From Paragordius varius (taxonomy: Eukaryota > Animalia > Nematomorpha), in assembly GCA_964247055.1 (NCBI GenBank), contig OZ176054.1:3100001-3164000 (forward strand): a DNA stretch of 64,000 nucleotides. Direction: 5' to 3'. The notes beneath the pieces were generated by a model that saw only the letters and a list, made by a program, of their open reading frames with translations, was not told the origin of the DNA and did not search any database. The position numbers and the translations under genes are program-made. Positions 13,901 through 37,472 of the stretch are shown one piece after another. Positions within the stretch are counted from its first letter, which is position 1. The number at the start of each line of letters is the position of its first letter.

Positions 13901-16900
13901 AATATGAGCACAAAAAGAGGTTGTAAATTCAACGATGAATTGATGAAAATTCCTTTTATCAAAAAAACAAAGAATGAATCATTTGTTAAATGTCTTATAT
14001 GCGAGCGGGAATTCACCCTAGCACATGGCGGCAAGCATGATATTACAAAGCATATGGAAACACAGAAACATAAAAAATGTTTGGATAAGGCGGCATCATC
14101 TTAAATAATAAGCGATTTTTATACAAAAACCGCTTTTGGAGAGGAAGAAAAGAATTTGGCACTAGCCGAAGGCGTTTTATCTTTTCACGCCGTTAATCAC
14201 AATCATTTTTTTAGATCTATGGATTGTACCTCACAGGTTATTCGTACCTTACATACATGTGCCCGTACAAAGGCTGAAACCATTGTATGCAATGTCCTTT
14301 CGCCACATGCATTTTCTGAAATACAAAAAGATTTGCTGATAATTAACTTCATATCGCTATACTCTAATGCATCAAATCACAAGGAAACAAAATTATTTCA
14401 ACTTCAATAAGATATTTTGATCCAGAAACCGGATTAAAAATTAAAATTTTAGATTTAATTTCCCTACCCGGTGAAAATTCCGAAATAATATTTACTTCAA
14501 TAATGCAAAAAAATAATTTAAAATACAAAATTATCGTATATTGCGCTGACAACACCAATATGAACTTTGGTGGAAAAGCAAGGAGAGGAAAAAAAAATAT
14601 TTTTCATGAATTAACAGTTAATCTTAATCAAAACATTATTGGCGTTGGGTGTGCAGCGCATATAATACACAACGCTATTCAAACAGCTGCTGATTTGTTA
14701 CCCCTAGATGTGGAAAATGTAGTAGTTAAAATATATTCCTATTTTTATATATACACGGTACGTGTTGAAACGCTTAAAGAATTCTGTGAAAATGCAGAAG
14801 TTCAATATCAAAAAATGCTTGGATATTGTAAAACTCGTTGGTTAGCTTTTATATGCCAGCTATCGAAAGAATTTTAAAAATGTATGATCCTTTAAAATCT
14901 TTTTCTTATCACAGGACAAATGTCCTACAACTTTAAAAAATTGAAAGTGATTTTTCAAAATATGGTTAGAATTCTTACATAATCAAGCTTCTCTCTTTCA
15001 AAATATTAAAATTATAGAAGGTGACAAAATTTCGGCAATTGAAGTGGCCAATGAAGTTAGTAAAATAAAATTCCAGTGTCAAGAACGGTTAAAAAATAAT
15101 TTTATACCATTAACCATCCGTAATATAATTAATAATTTAGAAAAACAAGGCTTAATAAATCGATATCCTGTACCATATAAAATTGTTTTATACAAACTGA
15201 AGATGATTTGGAAAACCGGACGCAATTCAATGAAATTGATCATTTTTATTGGATAACATTAAAATCAGAATTTAATTGGTGCGATGTACAAAAATCATTT
15301 GATTACATCTGCTCCCAAAAATTCTTAAAAAGTAATCTTTCAGAAAATGATCTTTTTTCTGAAGTAACATTAGCTAAAAGATATAGTAATAATGAAAAAC
15401 TTAAATTATGGACAAAAGAAAAATATACAGTAGAAAAGAAATGGTTGGAAATATTTCACCATTTTGATTTAAAAATTGTGGAACTCGCACTATGTTTACC
15501 TGGAACCAACGCTGCTACTGAGCGCGTTTTTTCCACAGTAAATCAGGTGTGGACATCGGAAAAATCAAATTTAAATGTTGAAACTTTAAAAGCCGTTTTA
15601 TCTGTCAAAAATAATTTGACAAATGCTTGTGAAGACTTCTACAATATTTTAAAAAATGATGACAATCTGCTAAAACGCATTCACTGAAATAAAAAATATA
15701 CCAAAGCATAAAATATTTTCTTATATTTATAAAGTTTTTGTTTTAAAAAATAAAAATTACTTAAAATATTGTATAAGTCTTCATAATAATTTGTCAAATT
15801 ATATTTGAACACATAAAATGGCTTTTAAAGTTTCAACATTTAAATTTCCGTGTCGACACTTGATTTACTGTGGAAAAACGCGTTCAATAGCAGTGGTTCC
15901 AGGTAATGTCAAAATATTATTGTATGGAATATAGTTTGTTCAAAAATGATTATTTTAAACCATTTCTATTCTAGTGTATTTTTTCTTTCCATAATTTAAG
16001 TTTTTATCAATATATTTATTTAATAATGATACTTCATAAAAAAGTGTCACTGAATGTCTTCCAAATAATCTTTTCCGTTTGTATAAAACATTTTTATTTC
16101 TTGGCTATTCATTGAGCCTTGTTTTTCTGGATGCTTTATAATATTCCGATTAGGTTATGGTATAAAATTATTTTCTAACCTTTTTTGACTTGGAATTTTG
16201 ACCTCTGTCCTGTGATAAAAAATAGGATTCTAGAATCACAATTTTATAAATATTTCAATCGCTGACAAAAGAGCTAACCAACAGTTCTACAATATCCAAG
16301 CATTTTAACATCTATATTTTCCACATCCAGGGGTAACAAATCAGTAGCTGTTTGAATAGCGTTGTATATCTGCCAATAATGTTTTAATTAACATTCTTCG
16401 CTAAATTGTTAAAAATATTTTTTGTGCTGCTTCTTGCATCACCCAGCGCACTTTGTGATGATTTCGTCTTTATTATTTTTTTCCAGAATATTACAATCAC
16501 TTCACCCTTTGTTTGTGAACATGTAAATTTATTGAATAAGGTACAAACAACCTGTAAGGTACAAATTTTTTTAGATTTATAATGTATTTGTGTTAAAAAT
16601 AAATAAATATTACAATAAATTTTTTGTATAATTTTTGGTTGTACCCCCAATGACCCCCCCCCTTCTCAGATTTGGCCCGCTTTCCTTCAAAAAATCTGGT
16701 CACCTTACATATAGGTCAAACATATTTGCCATCATAAGGTTCAAGGCCCTCGAAAAAAAATATATTTTATTTGGCCCGTCAATATTTTTTGGTGAGTAGC
16801 ACTGATATAGAATATCAAAAAATTAAAATAAAAGATAAATATCTCAAAGAAATCCAGATTAAATATTTAGTTTCAAAATTTCGATTTATAAAATGGATTT

Positions 16901-17434
16901 AGTTACTATATTTTCTATTATAAATTAATATGTAATCGATGTTAAATGAATTCCAGATATTTTTATAATTTTAGATTTTACGAATCAAATAATGATTTAT
17001 AAATCGTGACTATTAAATTTAAATTTTAAAGACAAGCTTTTAATATTGATGAATCTTTCCAAACAGGTAGAAAATAATTAATTTAAAAAGATACATAGTT
17101 GCCAATCATTTGGAAAAAAGCAAATAAAGAACTCTAACATATAATTTGGTTAAACATGATATAATTGTTAAGTGAAACCATATCGTGACGAGGTAATCAG
17201 GGAATAATCTGTTATCCATTCTGGATATTCAACAAATTTGACCGATGCACCACATCGCAATAACCATTGAGCGGCTGCAATGTTGGGCCCAACTTTTTTG
17301 GTTGTTTCAGTATCGTAAGAATTCCATATTTTATTTAGCCAAGTCCAAAATTGTCTTGCTTGAATTGTATTTTGCTGGGAAATACTGCATGCAATTTTTG
17401 GCTTTAGGAGAGAATTTAAAATCAAACTAGTCAT
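7938..17434 (-). CDS. DMAC2L: Mitochondrial ATP synthase subunit s / coupling factor B (LRR); exons 17434-17179 and 8311-7938, 209 aa
   Basis: Exon 1: N-terminal presequence then FWTWLNKIWN...GPNIAAAQWLLRCGASVKF...WITDY. Exon 2: IEAFNTNESCVDASGFEYLNGL and LRR-like CLQKIA...LTISDCYEITQEGL...LQKLKLRNVP. Phase-1 GT (17178) joins AG (8312) in frame. Matches ATP5S as recalled. Confidence 0.85.
9724..13085 (-). mobile_element. hAT family B element (BED zinc finger transposase pseudogene) nested in family A
   Basis: 13-bp TIR TAAGGTGACCAGA at both ends; 8-bp TSD GTTATATT (9716-9723, 13086-13093); BED finger CLIC...KHMETQKH, CADNTN, HIIHN, TRWL and TERVFS motifs split by frameshifts. Confidence 0.92.
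12581..12830. repeat. Imperfect ~140-bp tandem duplication in the 5' subterminal region of hAT-B
   Basis: Two units beginning TAATTTTCTGGAATAAA.GTGTAAGGTACC.ATTTGT at ~12581 and ~12727. Confidence 0.7.
13702..16709 (+). mobile_element. Second hAT-B copy lacking its 5' end; inverted duplicate of 9724-12738
   Basis: Reverse complement of the first copy, with shared frameshifts and only scattered substitutions (compare ORFs 13904/12341 and 15208/10739); ends in the TIR TCTGGTCACCTTA at 16709. Confidence 0.92.
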
Positions 17435-17502
17435 ATCGAAAAATATCCCAGATCCTTCCCCTTTCTTTGTTAAACCGCGTATTGAACAGATAAAAATTAA
17501 AC
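17435..17502. promoter_or_regulatory. Putative bidirectional promoter/5' UTR interval shared by ATP5S and CDC5L
   Basis: Divergent ATGs at 17434 (-) and 17503 (+), 68 bp apart; no motif confidently assigned. Confidence 0.6.
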
Positions 17503-28380
<10,878 letters not shown>

Positions 28381-29175
28381 ATTAATATACTGTGATTCCA
28401 TATAAATGCGCTTGTTTAAATTTTGTTACATATATTTCATTTTCAATTAATAAAATATTTATATTTAACAGTTTATCGATTTAATATTTTCACATAATTA
28501 TGGTTTTTGTGAACACAAATGCCCGGTAAGGTTAAATATTTAATGTTTGGGATACAAAGTAAATGAGGTTTGCATTCATTGACATTTAACAGGCTAAGTG
28601 ATTGCTTAAAATCATTACATTCTTCCCCCATGTCCTATGAATAATAATTTTTAATAGTTATAATGAAAACTAATCATTTTCAGAGAATAGAGCGTAATAC
28701 AAGCCACAAATATTGGAATTTTCAGTATATTTAGATTTTGAAGTGGCACAATCTGTTTTGCGTTTATTTAAAACAAAATGGATCCTATTAGGAAAGTTAA
28801 AAATCTGATCTCCTTTAAGCTTACACACAAATATTAAATTCAAATAAATATTGTCTTTCTTTTTAATATGGTTTATAGTAGAATGAAGCATTAGCCTCAT
28901 CAAAAAATGTTATTTAAGATAATGTGCGCTAATATTGCAATTTATAATGTAATCATTAAAAATTGATATATCTTTCCTAAATGATTCCGAAGGCCCTAAC
29001 AGCACCATTTACATTTAATATAAATTTCTATCAAAATTTATTTATCAGGATATTTTGTGTGCAATGCACAATGTATTGGAAATAAAAATTTAAGGCTCTT
29101 TTTTAAAATCATTCTGGCTTGGTATTAGTCGCTAAATAATATGCGTTGACTATTTTAGAAAAAATATGAATTCAG

Positions 29176-29708
<533 letters not shown>

Positions 29709-29915
29709 ATCTTATAGATTAAAAAGGGTGATTGTTGTTTCAAACTTATATATGTATATTAAAATATTTTTTAATCCAAGATTAAATCAATCTTGGATTA
29801 ATGGTAATTATACCCTGTTTTTGTCGATTCGGATATTATCATTTGTTATTAGCCATTTTTACAATGCTTTTGTGCAACGAAAATGTCATGTAAGAATATC
29901 ATATATGTATATATA

Positions 29916-32690
29916 TAAGGTGACCAGACATCCCGCTTTTTCACACTTTGTCCCGCGTCCCGCTGCGTTTTTGAAATGTCCCGCTTTTTCACGATCAAAT
30001 AAAAAAAAAATTTTTAACATTTAAATTTTTTATAAATAATTTTTTTTATCCGTTTAATTTTTTATCATTAGAGTTATCTTTAAAATCTGTATCAATTTTA
30101 AATTAAAGTTTTTTATTAAATATTTATTTTTTTCAAATTTATATCATATGATTATACACTTTGCTTCCTAATCCTACTGCCAACATTATCAAAAAGACAA
30201 ATTAATATCAAAAATCGGTAGCTTATACGTTTACTCCAGAAAATTAAGGTAATATAATATTTTTTATATTAATACTAGCGTAAATCTCGTGCTGCTACGC
30301 AGCCCGAGAAAGTCCTTCGGACTTCTGGGGGGGAGGGCTATTTGAAATAAGGGACAATAAAATGATCCACATATGTGGATTATTTTGGACCATTATTTAA
30401 TAGATATGATTTTATAGGAATTTTAAAACGGAGCATTCATACTAATATATTATTTAATAGGGCGAAAAATAGATTTAAAAAATTATTTTTGTGGATTTTG
30501 TTTTTTGAAAAAAATGGCATTTTACGAAGGGAGCGGGTAAAAAGAGGGACTAAATCAAAAAAGCGAGACGACTATGTTCGGCGCAATCGAAAATAAGTAA
30601 ATTAAATGATCCAACACTTTCTCCAGAAAATTGTCTCAAAGACACGATTGAAGCTATTGTCGGGGCATTCATTAATGATTATATTTTTTCGAAGTTTGGA
30701 TTTGGATGGGTCTACCAGTTTTCCGATACCAGATCACAAAGCCAGCATTTTCCATTCTTATAAATATATAGATTACTTTAAAATATGAGTACAAAAAGAG
30801 GTTGTAAATTTAACGATGATTTAATGAAAGAATTTCCTTTTATCAAAAAAAAAAACGAAGAATGAATCATTTGTTAAATGCTTTATGTTAGGGGTTCACC
30901 CTACCATATGGCGGAAAACATGATATTACAAGGCATATGGAAACGCAGAAACATAAAAAATGTTTAGATATGGTGGTATCATCTTACAAAATGAGCGATT
31001 TTTATCGTAAAACCGCTTTTGAAGAGGAAGAAAAGAATTTGGCATTAGCCCAAGGCGTTTTATCTTTTCACGCGTTAATCACAATTATTCCTTTAGATCT
31101 ATGGATTGTACCTCGTATGTTATTCATGCCCGTACAAAGGCTGAAGCCATTGTATGCATTGTTCTTTCGCCACATGCATTTTCTGAATACAAAAAGATTT
31201 GCTGAAAATTAATTTCATATCGCCATACTCTGATGTATCAAATCAGGAAACAAAAATATTTCCCATGTATATAAAATATTTTGGTCCAGAAACCGGAGTA
31301 AAATTAAAATTTTAAATTTTATTTCTCTACCCGGTGCGAATTCCGACATAATTTTACTTCAATAAAAAAAATAATTTAAAAGACAAAATTATCGCATATT
31401 GCGCTGACAAAACCAATACGAACTTTGGTGGAAAAGCAAGGAGGGGAACAAAAAATATTTTTCATAAATTAACAGACAATCTTAATCAAAACATTATTGG
31501 CGTTGGGTGTGCAGCGCATATAATACACAACGCTATTCAAACAGCTGCTGATTTGTTACCCCTAGATGTAGAAAATGGAGTTGTTAAAATATATTCCTAT
31601 TTTTATATATACACGGTACGTGTTGAAACGCTTAAGAAATTCTGTGCAAATGCAGAAGTTCAATATTATAAAATGCTTGGATATTGTAAAACTCGTTGGT
31701 TTCTTCTGCCAGCTATCGAAGGAATTATAAAAAATGATCCTTTAAAATCCTATTTTTTCATCACAGGAAAAATGTCCTACAACTTTGTAAAAGTTTTTTG
31801 AAAGTGATTCTTCAATATGGTTAGAGTTCCTACATAATCAAGCTTCTCTCTTTCAAAATGTTATTAAATTGATAGAAAGTGACAAAACTTCGGCAATCGA
31901 AGTAGCCAATGAAGTTAGTAACCCAAAAATCCAATGTCAAGAAAGGTTATAAAATAATTTTATACCAATAACCATCCGCAATACTATAAATAATTTAGAA
32001 AAACTCGCTAAGATATCCTGTACCATCTAAAAATGTTTTATACAAACTGTAAAGATTATTGGAAGACGGACGGTGCAATTTAATGAAATTGATCATTTTC
32101 ATTGGATAACATTAAAACCAGAATTTATGCGATGTTCAAAAATCATTTCTGCATCTACCAAAAATTCTCAAAAAGTAATCTTTCAGAAAATATATTTTTT
32201 CTAAAATATCATTAGTTATAAAATATATTAATAGAAAAACTTAAATTATGGACAACAGAAAAAAATACAGTAGAAAAGAAATGGTTAGAAATATTTTATC
32301 ATTTTGAAACAAACTATGTTCCATACAATATTTTAAAAATTGTAGAATTTGCATTATCTTTACGTGGAACCAACGCTGCTACTGAGCGCGTTTTTTCCAC
32401 AGTAAATCAGATGTGGACATCGGATACCATTTTATCTGTCAAATATAATTTGACACATTCTTGTGAAGACTTCTACAATATTTTATAAAATGATGACAAT
32501 CTGCTAAAACGCATTCACTCAAATAAAAAATATACCAAGGAATTAATTATTTTTTATATTTATAATGTATTTGTGTTAAAAATAAATAATACAATAAATT
32601 TTTGTATAAAAATTTTTGGTTGTACACCCCACCTCATAACCCCCCCTTCTCATTGTCCCGCTTTTTCCTTCAAAAAATCTGGTCACCTTA
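29916..32690 (+). mobile_element. hAT family B element with both ends (transposase pseudogene)
   Basis: TIR TAAGGTGACCAGA at both ends; TSD TATATATA (29908-29915, 32691-32698); MSTKRGCKFNDDLMKEF start near 30786 with many frameshifts; carries a nested Helitron. Confidence 0.92.
30275..30772 (-). mobile_element. Non-autonomous Helitron (~498 bp) nested in hAT-B
   Basis: Minus strand starts TCTATATATTTATAAG after A and ends CTAG before T; GC-rich hairpin CTCG.GCTGC-nnn-GCAGC.CGAG (30286-30308) 7 nt from the CTAG; no TSD; absent at the equivalent site of the other hAT-B copies. Confidence 0.85.
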
Positions 32691-34540
32691 TATATATAGG
32701 ATCAAAATTTTTCTAATTTTTATTATACATAATTTATAAGATTAAGTTTTGATAAGCTTTGGATTGAATAATTAATTAAAGCGTACAAAGTTTTAAAATC
32801 AGACTTTTGTGATCTATATTTAATAAGTGTACATAGGGTTAAAGCACACATAAAATATAATTACGCTTTAGTCTGGAAAAGTTTTTGTACGCTAACTTCT
32901 TGACTTTTTGTAATAAAACATGTGTTTAACCCGTTCGGTATAGAAATATAATTAAAGCGTTTTGAAATTTATAACTATCTTTTGATAAAATTTACATATC
33001 AACTCCATGAGCGTTTCCATAATTTAATCTCTTAGAGACAAATACCAATGATCGATCTTCATATAAAATTTAAAAGGAAATACTTAAATTAATACATAAG
33101 TAATTTTTCTATAATTTTTATAACACAATAATTTATTAAATATTTATAATTGTCCGTAAATAATTTTTCATATTTCCTGCTGTAAAGGGGGTTTTATATA
33201 AAACGATAAATAGTTTTTCTAAAATAATTGGCTTATGCGCTTTTCTAGGTCTAAAAATTTTTTATGAAATGTTTATAAATTTTCACAACTTCAGATCAAC
33301 GACGGAACTAAAATATTCACAGGGTATCACAAATACAAAGAACTCTTTCGGCCTGAGGATGCAATTTTTTACATTTTATTCATTTAGCTAAATTATCTCA
33401 ATTAGGATTTTGTGATTTAAATCAAATTTTTTATTGGGATAGTAAGGATTAAATATTTCTTTTAGAATTATAACGGTTTAAGTTATGGCATTTAAAGAAA
33501 ATTGGCTTATTGCAAATAAATTAGTCTTAATATATTTCAATAATATATTTTGCTAAAAACATCGCTTTTCCCAAAATATAATATAGCAAGCGCAGATTGT
33601 GAGTTCGATTTCATATGGTTTATCATTATAAAATCAATGAAAAGTTATAAATTAAAAAGTTTTTGGTGCAACAAAATATAATTATTTTAAACAATTGTTG
33701 AAATTCTTATAACTAATGATAATTTTAATTATATATTACGGCACTTATTTGGTGTAGAAAATTTATTGGCGATTATATGGTGTTTGCAATAAAATTATAA
33801 ATGTGCAGAGTAAATATGTATAAAACGTAAGTAAATATTATCATTTTCATAAAGCAAATTCCATACAACAGTTATTGTAACTTCTTTGTAAATTATATCA
33901 TATGTATTGTGCCTGGCAACTATGGTTTTTTTAATTTAGCTGTTAATGAAATCGGGAATCGAAATATGACAAATTCATTAAACGGTAAAGGAAAAATGAA
34001 AACCGTTTTTGTTAATTTTTGAATATCATTTTTGAAATGGTTGATTTCACCCTATAGTTGGGCAATTTGCAAAATAGTAGTGTATGGAAAAAAGAAAATA
34101 AAAAATTGTGTTTTCATTTTGTTGTTCTTTTTCCATACACTGCTGTGTTGCAAATTGCATAACTCGAGTGTGAAATAAGCAACCATTAAAATGCAAACTG
34201 TATGTTAATGGTTTAATTTTAATGTTTACACCGTCGTTTATAATAATGAATAAAGCATTTCCAGTTAAAATTTAAAAATATATAAACAAAACTTATAAGC
34301 TAAAAAACAAATAATATTTTATAAACCTTGATTTTTCCACAAATCTATTCAATTAAAATTTATAGATTACAATTTAAATCTTATGCAACGCAAAATTATT
34401 AGATATTTATATAAATCAGATTAATAAAGTATAATGATAGATGTTTTTAAAAAATATTTGTCTTTTAGTTTTAAGTTTTGTCTGTATTTTATTATATAAT
34501 GAAAAACTAGTAATTTATACTTAGTCATATTGTATTACAA

Positions 34541-34801
34541 TCAAACAATGAATTGGGAACATAGATTATTATATGCGCAAAAAATGTTACGATATCGTGT
34601 GTCATGTGCGTGGGAATATTTTTTCGTGGATTTTTTTGGTTTTTCTAGACCCGGAATCTCAAAGAAGGTCTCAAGCTTCGGAATTATCGGGTAAGACAGA
34701 ATATATGGACGTCCAGCAATTTGATGTTTAGCCAAAAAGCTTATATTAATTAATATCACTATAAAACTCCATGTAATGATGTAATGTGACCGCATTATCA
34801 T
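34541..34801 (-). CDS. Candidate small secreted peptide ORF (86 aa), unidentified
   Basis: True ATG, hydrophobic N-terminus (IITWSFIVILINISFLA), KK sites and a C-terminal C-x5-C; no family recognised. Confidence 0.25.
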   Translation of the reverse strand: MIMRSHYIITWSFIVILINISFLAKHQIAGRPYILSYPIIPKLETFFEIPGLEKPKKSTKKYSHAHDTRYRNIFCAYNNLCSQFIV

Positions 34802-37472
34802 TTTTGTGATGTGTTAGAATTTTTCAAACTCCAAAAAAAATTATGGTTAATAAAGGTATAAAATAGATACTATAGGGTAGTATTTTTTATATGTTTTTTT
34901 TTCCTTTATAATGTAAGAAATACTTCATTTGCATTTTTGTCATTTATCATTATATTAATCCAATTCATAAACACCTTAATTTATTGGTTACAAGAGTTTT
35001 TTATCGGACAGTATGGAAAAATACAAATGTAAAATATAGAAAAAACATAATATAATTTTACATACTTGATTTGGACATAATGTGTATCAAAACAGGCTAT
35101 AAAAACTCTTTACTTCTATCACAAATATTAGTATATTATTCTCTGTTTACCAATTCAAATATATAAATTAAACAGGGCTTTCCCTTAATTACATATTCTA
35201 CAACATATTTGTAATAAACAACATCAATCATAAACCTAATTAAATGTTTTTTACAATTGACAGAATCCTGCGGCAATATGAGGTCAAAATTATTTCTTTA
35301 TCATATTAATAAAATTATGCCCTTTTGGGAAAATAAAAGGTTGGAAATTTTCAAAATATATGAAAAAATCGCCATATCGGGGTATTTTACTAATATTTTA
35401 GGAAAACATTACATTTGAAATATTATAGATAATCTTTTGTTAAATATACTGTTAATACCTACTTTTTATAAGTATTTCTAACCGAAGGTGTCAGAAAAAT
35501 GGATATAATAATAATAATTAAAAATATACACTGAAATTAAAAAATTAAACTTATAACCATGATTTTTTGCGCTCTTTGTTATACCAGTAAAAACTGAAAA
35601 TTAATATATATTTTGGTTAAATATAAAATAACTCTTTTATTATATTTTGGCTGTAAATTTAATAAAATATTGATAAAATTAGCCTGTTCGTTTTCGTTCA
35701 TAAATTAATAATAATTATAAATTATTTTATACCAAATTTAACCCATAAGGCAAACGACCTCTTTAGTAAATTCTTAAATAATCATAGAATTATATAGAAA
35801 AAGTGTTTATACTTCAAGTGTTTTTTACCGTTTTTACCATATTGATATACCATACCCTACACCTCAAAATTTTGCACATATTCTATTTTAAATTACCATT
35901 TTTCCGTATTTTATGTCAAGGTTTTGCATATATATAAAGATTTAATTCAAAACCGCCTTTTCGCCTTCATGTTAACATGACTTGCCAAAATATATTATTT
36001 TGCCTTTTATATGTAGTTTATGATATATTTAAGCGATATTTTTCGAAAGGAAGAATTAGCTTCGCCAGAACAAATTATTTAGACAAATTTGCGGAATTTC
36101 GCCATTTTCAAATAGCCCACTACATAAGTCCACACACTCTTAAATCACTCTTAAGATCCAAAACTAAAAGCACCCCATAATCTTGATACATTTTTCTTTT
36201 TAAATATATATTTTTATTCAGATATTTTTCATGGACCAGTGTAGATATAATCTGCCAAATTTAAGATTATTTTAATTAATTTTTATAGAGCTATGAGCCA
36301 TAAACAAATTAGGTGGTATTGCATATAGGTTGAATAAACCAGGCAACTGTTTAGCAGTAACTGTTTAGAGAATTCGTTACAAAATTATATTATAAATCAT
36401 AAACTTTAATTAATAAATAATAGCAAATTTTAAAGCATCTGTTTCGATAAATTTAATATTTTTATTTATAAAAATATAACATATGATTTTGCAGAATTTG
36501 TATTTGGGTGTAAATGGATAATAAATAAAGCATCAGTCTCGTAAAAACCAGTTTTTGCACACTGGCATTTAGTGTCATAAAAATGTGATTAATCCGGCGG
36601 TTTTGGGAAGATTTTATAATTAAATAAACTAACCTATTTTCTCTAAATTATATTTTTTTATATTTTAACACTTATATTCAAATTTTGGTATCTAGGTACC
36701 CCAGACTATATTTAATTTGGTAATTTTAAAAACTTTCAAAAGAAACGGTTCCAATTAAAATTTAAGCTTCTTTTCTAATAAATTAGCCAAAATATTAAAA
36801 AATTTAGTTTTGTAAAGTTTCATATCAAATTACATCTTCATAACATTTTTGCAAAATATCCTGTTTATTTGATTTTAATTCTAAAATTAAAGCTATTTAT
36901 TTTTAAATCACATCTAACCTCGATAACAGGAAAAGTGGCTTTTTTTTATAATATTTAGCTAATAGACACATGTAATGCATTGACCAAATAATGATGTTTA
37001 TTTAGATAAGAGATATAAATTAAATGAGCTGTTTTTATATTTCGGTGCATCTATGCTATGTATTTAAGCAGGCCTGAGGTCGATGAAGACACTTATTTGC
37101 TAAAAGGGGCTAAAAAGAATGCGTTGCATTTAAGTGTTAAGCACAATTTTGCAATACTTTAATTAAAAGGTATAATTTAATATATTCATTCATTTACCAA
37201 ATTGGGTCTATTTTTTACAGTTAACTCACTCGTGTGCAAAAATTGGAGTTTAAGAATAATGATCCAATTTAATTCAAAAATAAATAAAATTTAATTTTAA
37301 AAAAATTATATTTTTCCTCACCAATTTCTAATTTTGATGGCAAAAATAGAATAATATACGCAATAGTTTTGATGGGAGTAAGAAAAAAAATAATTATTTG
37401 TAAAGGTATAGCTATATTTTTATAAAGTTATCTGTTTTATTAAGTGTCAAGTTTTTAATCTAATTTTCACTG

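Larger units (their letters stand above)
8395..16804 (+). mobile_element. hAT family A (Buster/GTF2IRD2-type) element, degraded, interrupted by family-B insertions
   Basis: Ends TAGTGGTACTCA / TGAGTAGCACTG; 8-bp TSD ATATAGAA at 8387-8394 and 16805-16812; internal pieces colinear with the copy at 42438-44856. Confidence 0.9.

Noticed and set aside
9724-16709. Palindrome as a pure assembly artefact
   Set aside because: Arms differ by scattered substitutions and the flanks rebuild one family-A element with matching TSDs; long-read confirmation is still needed.
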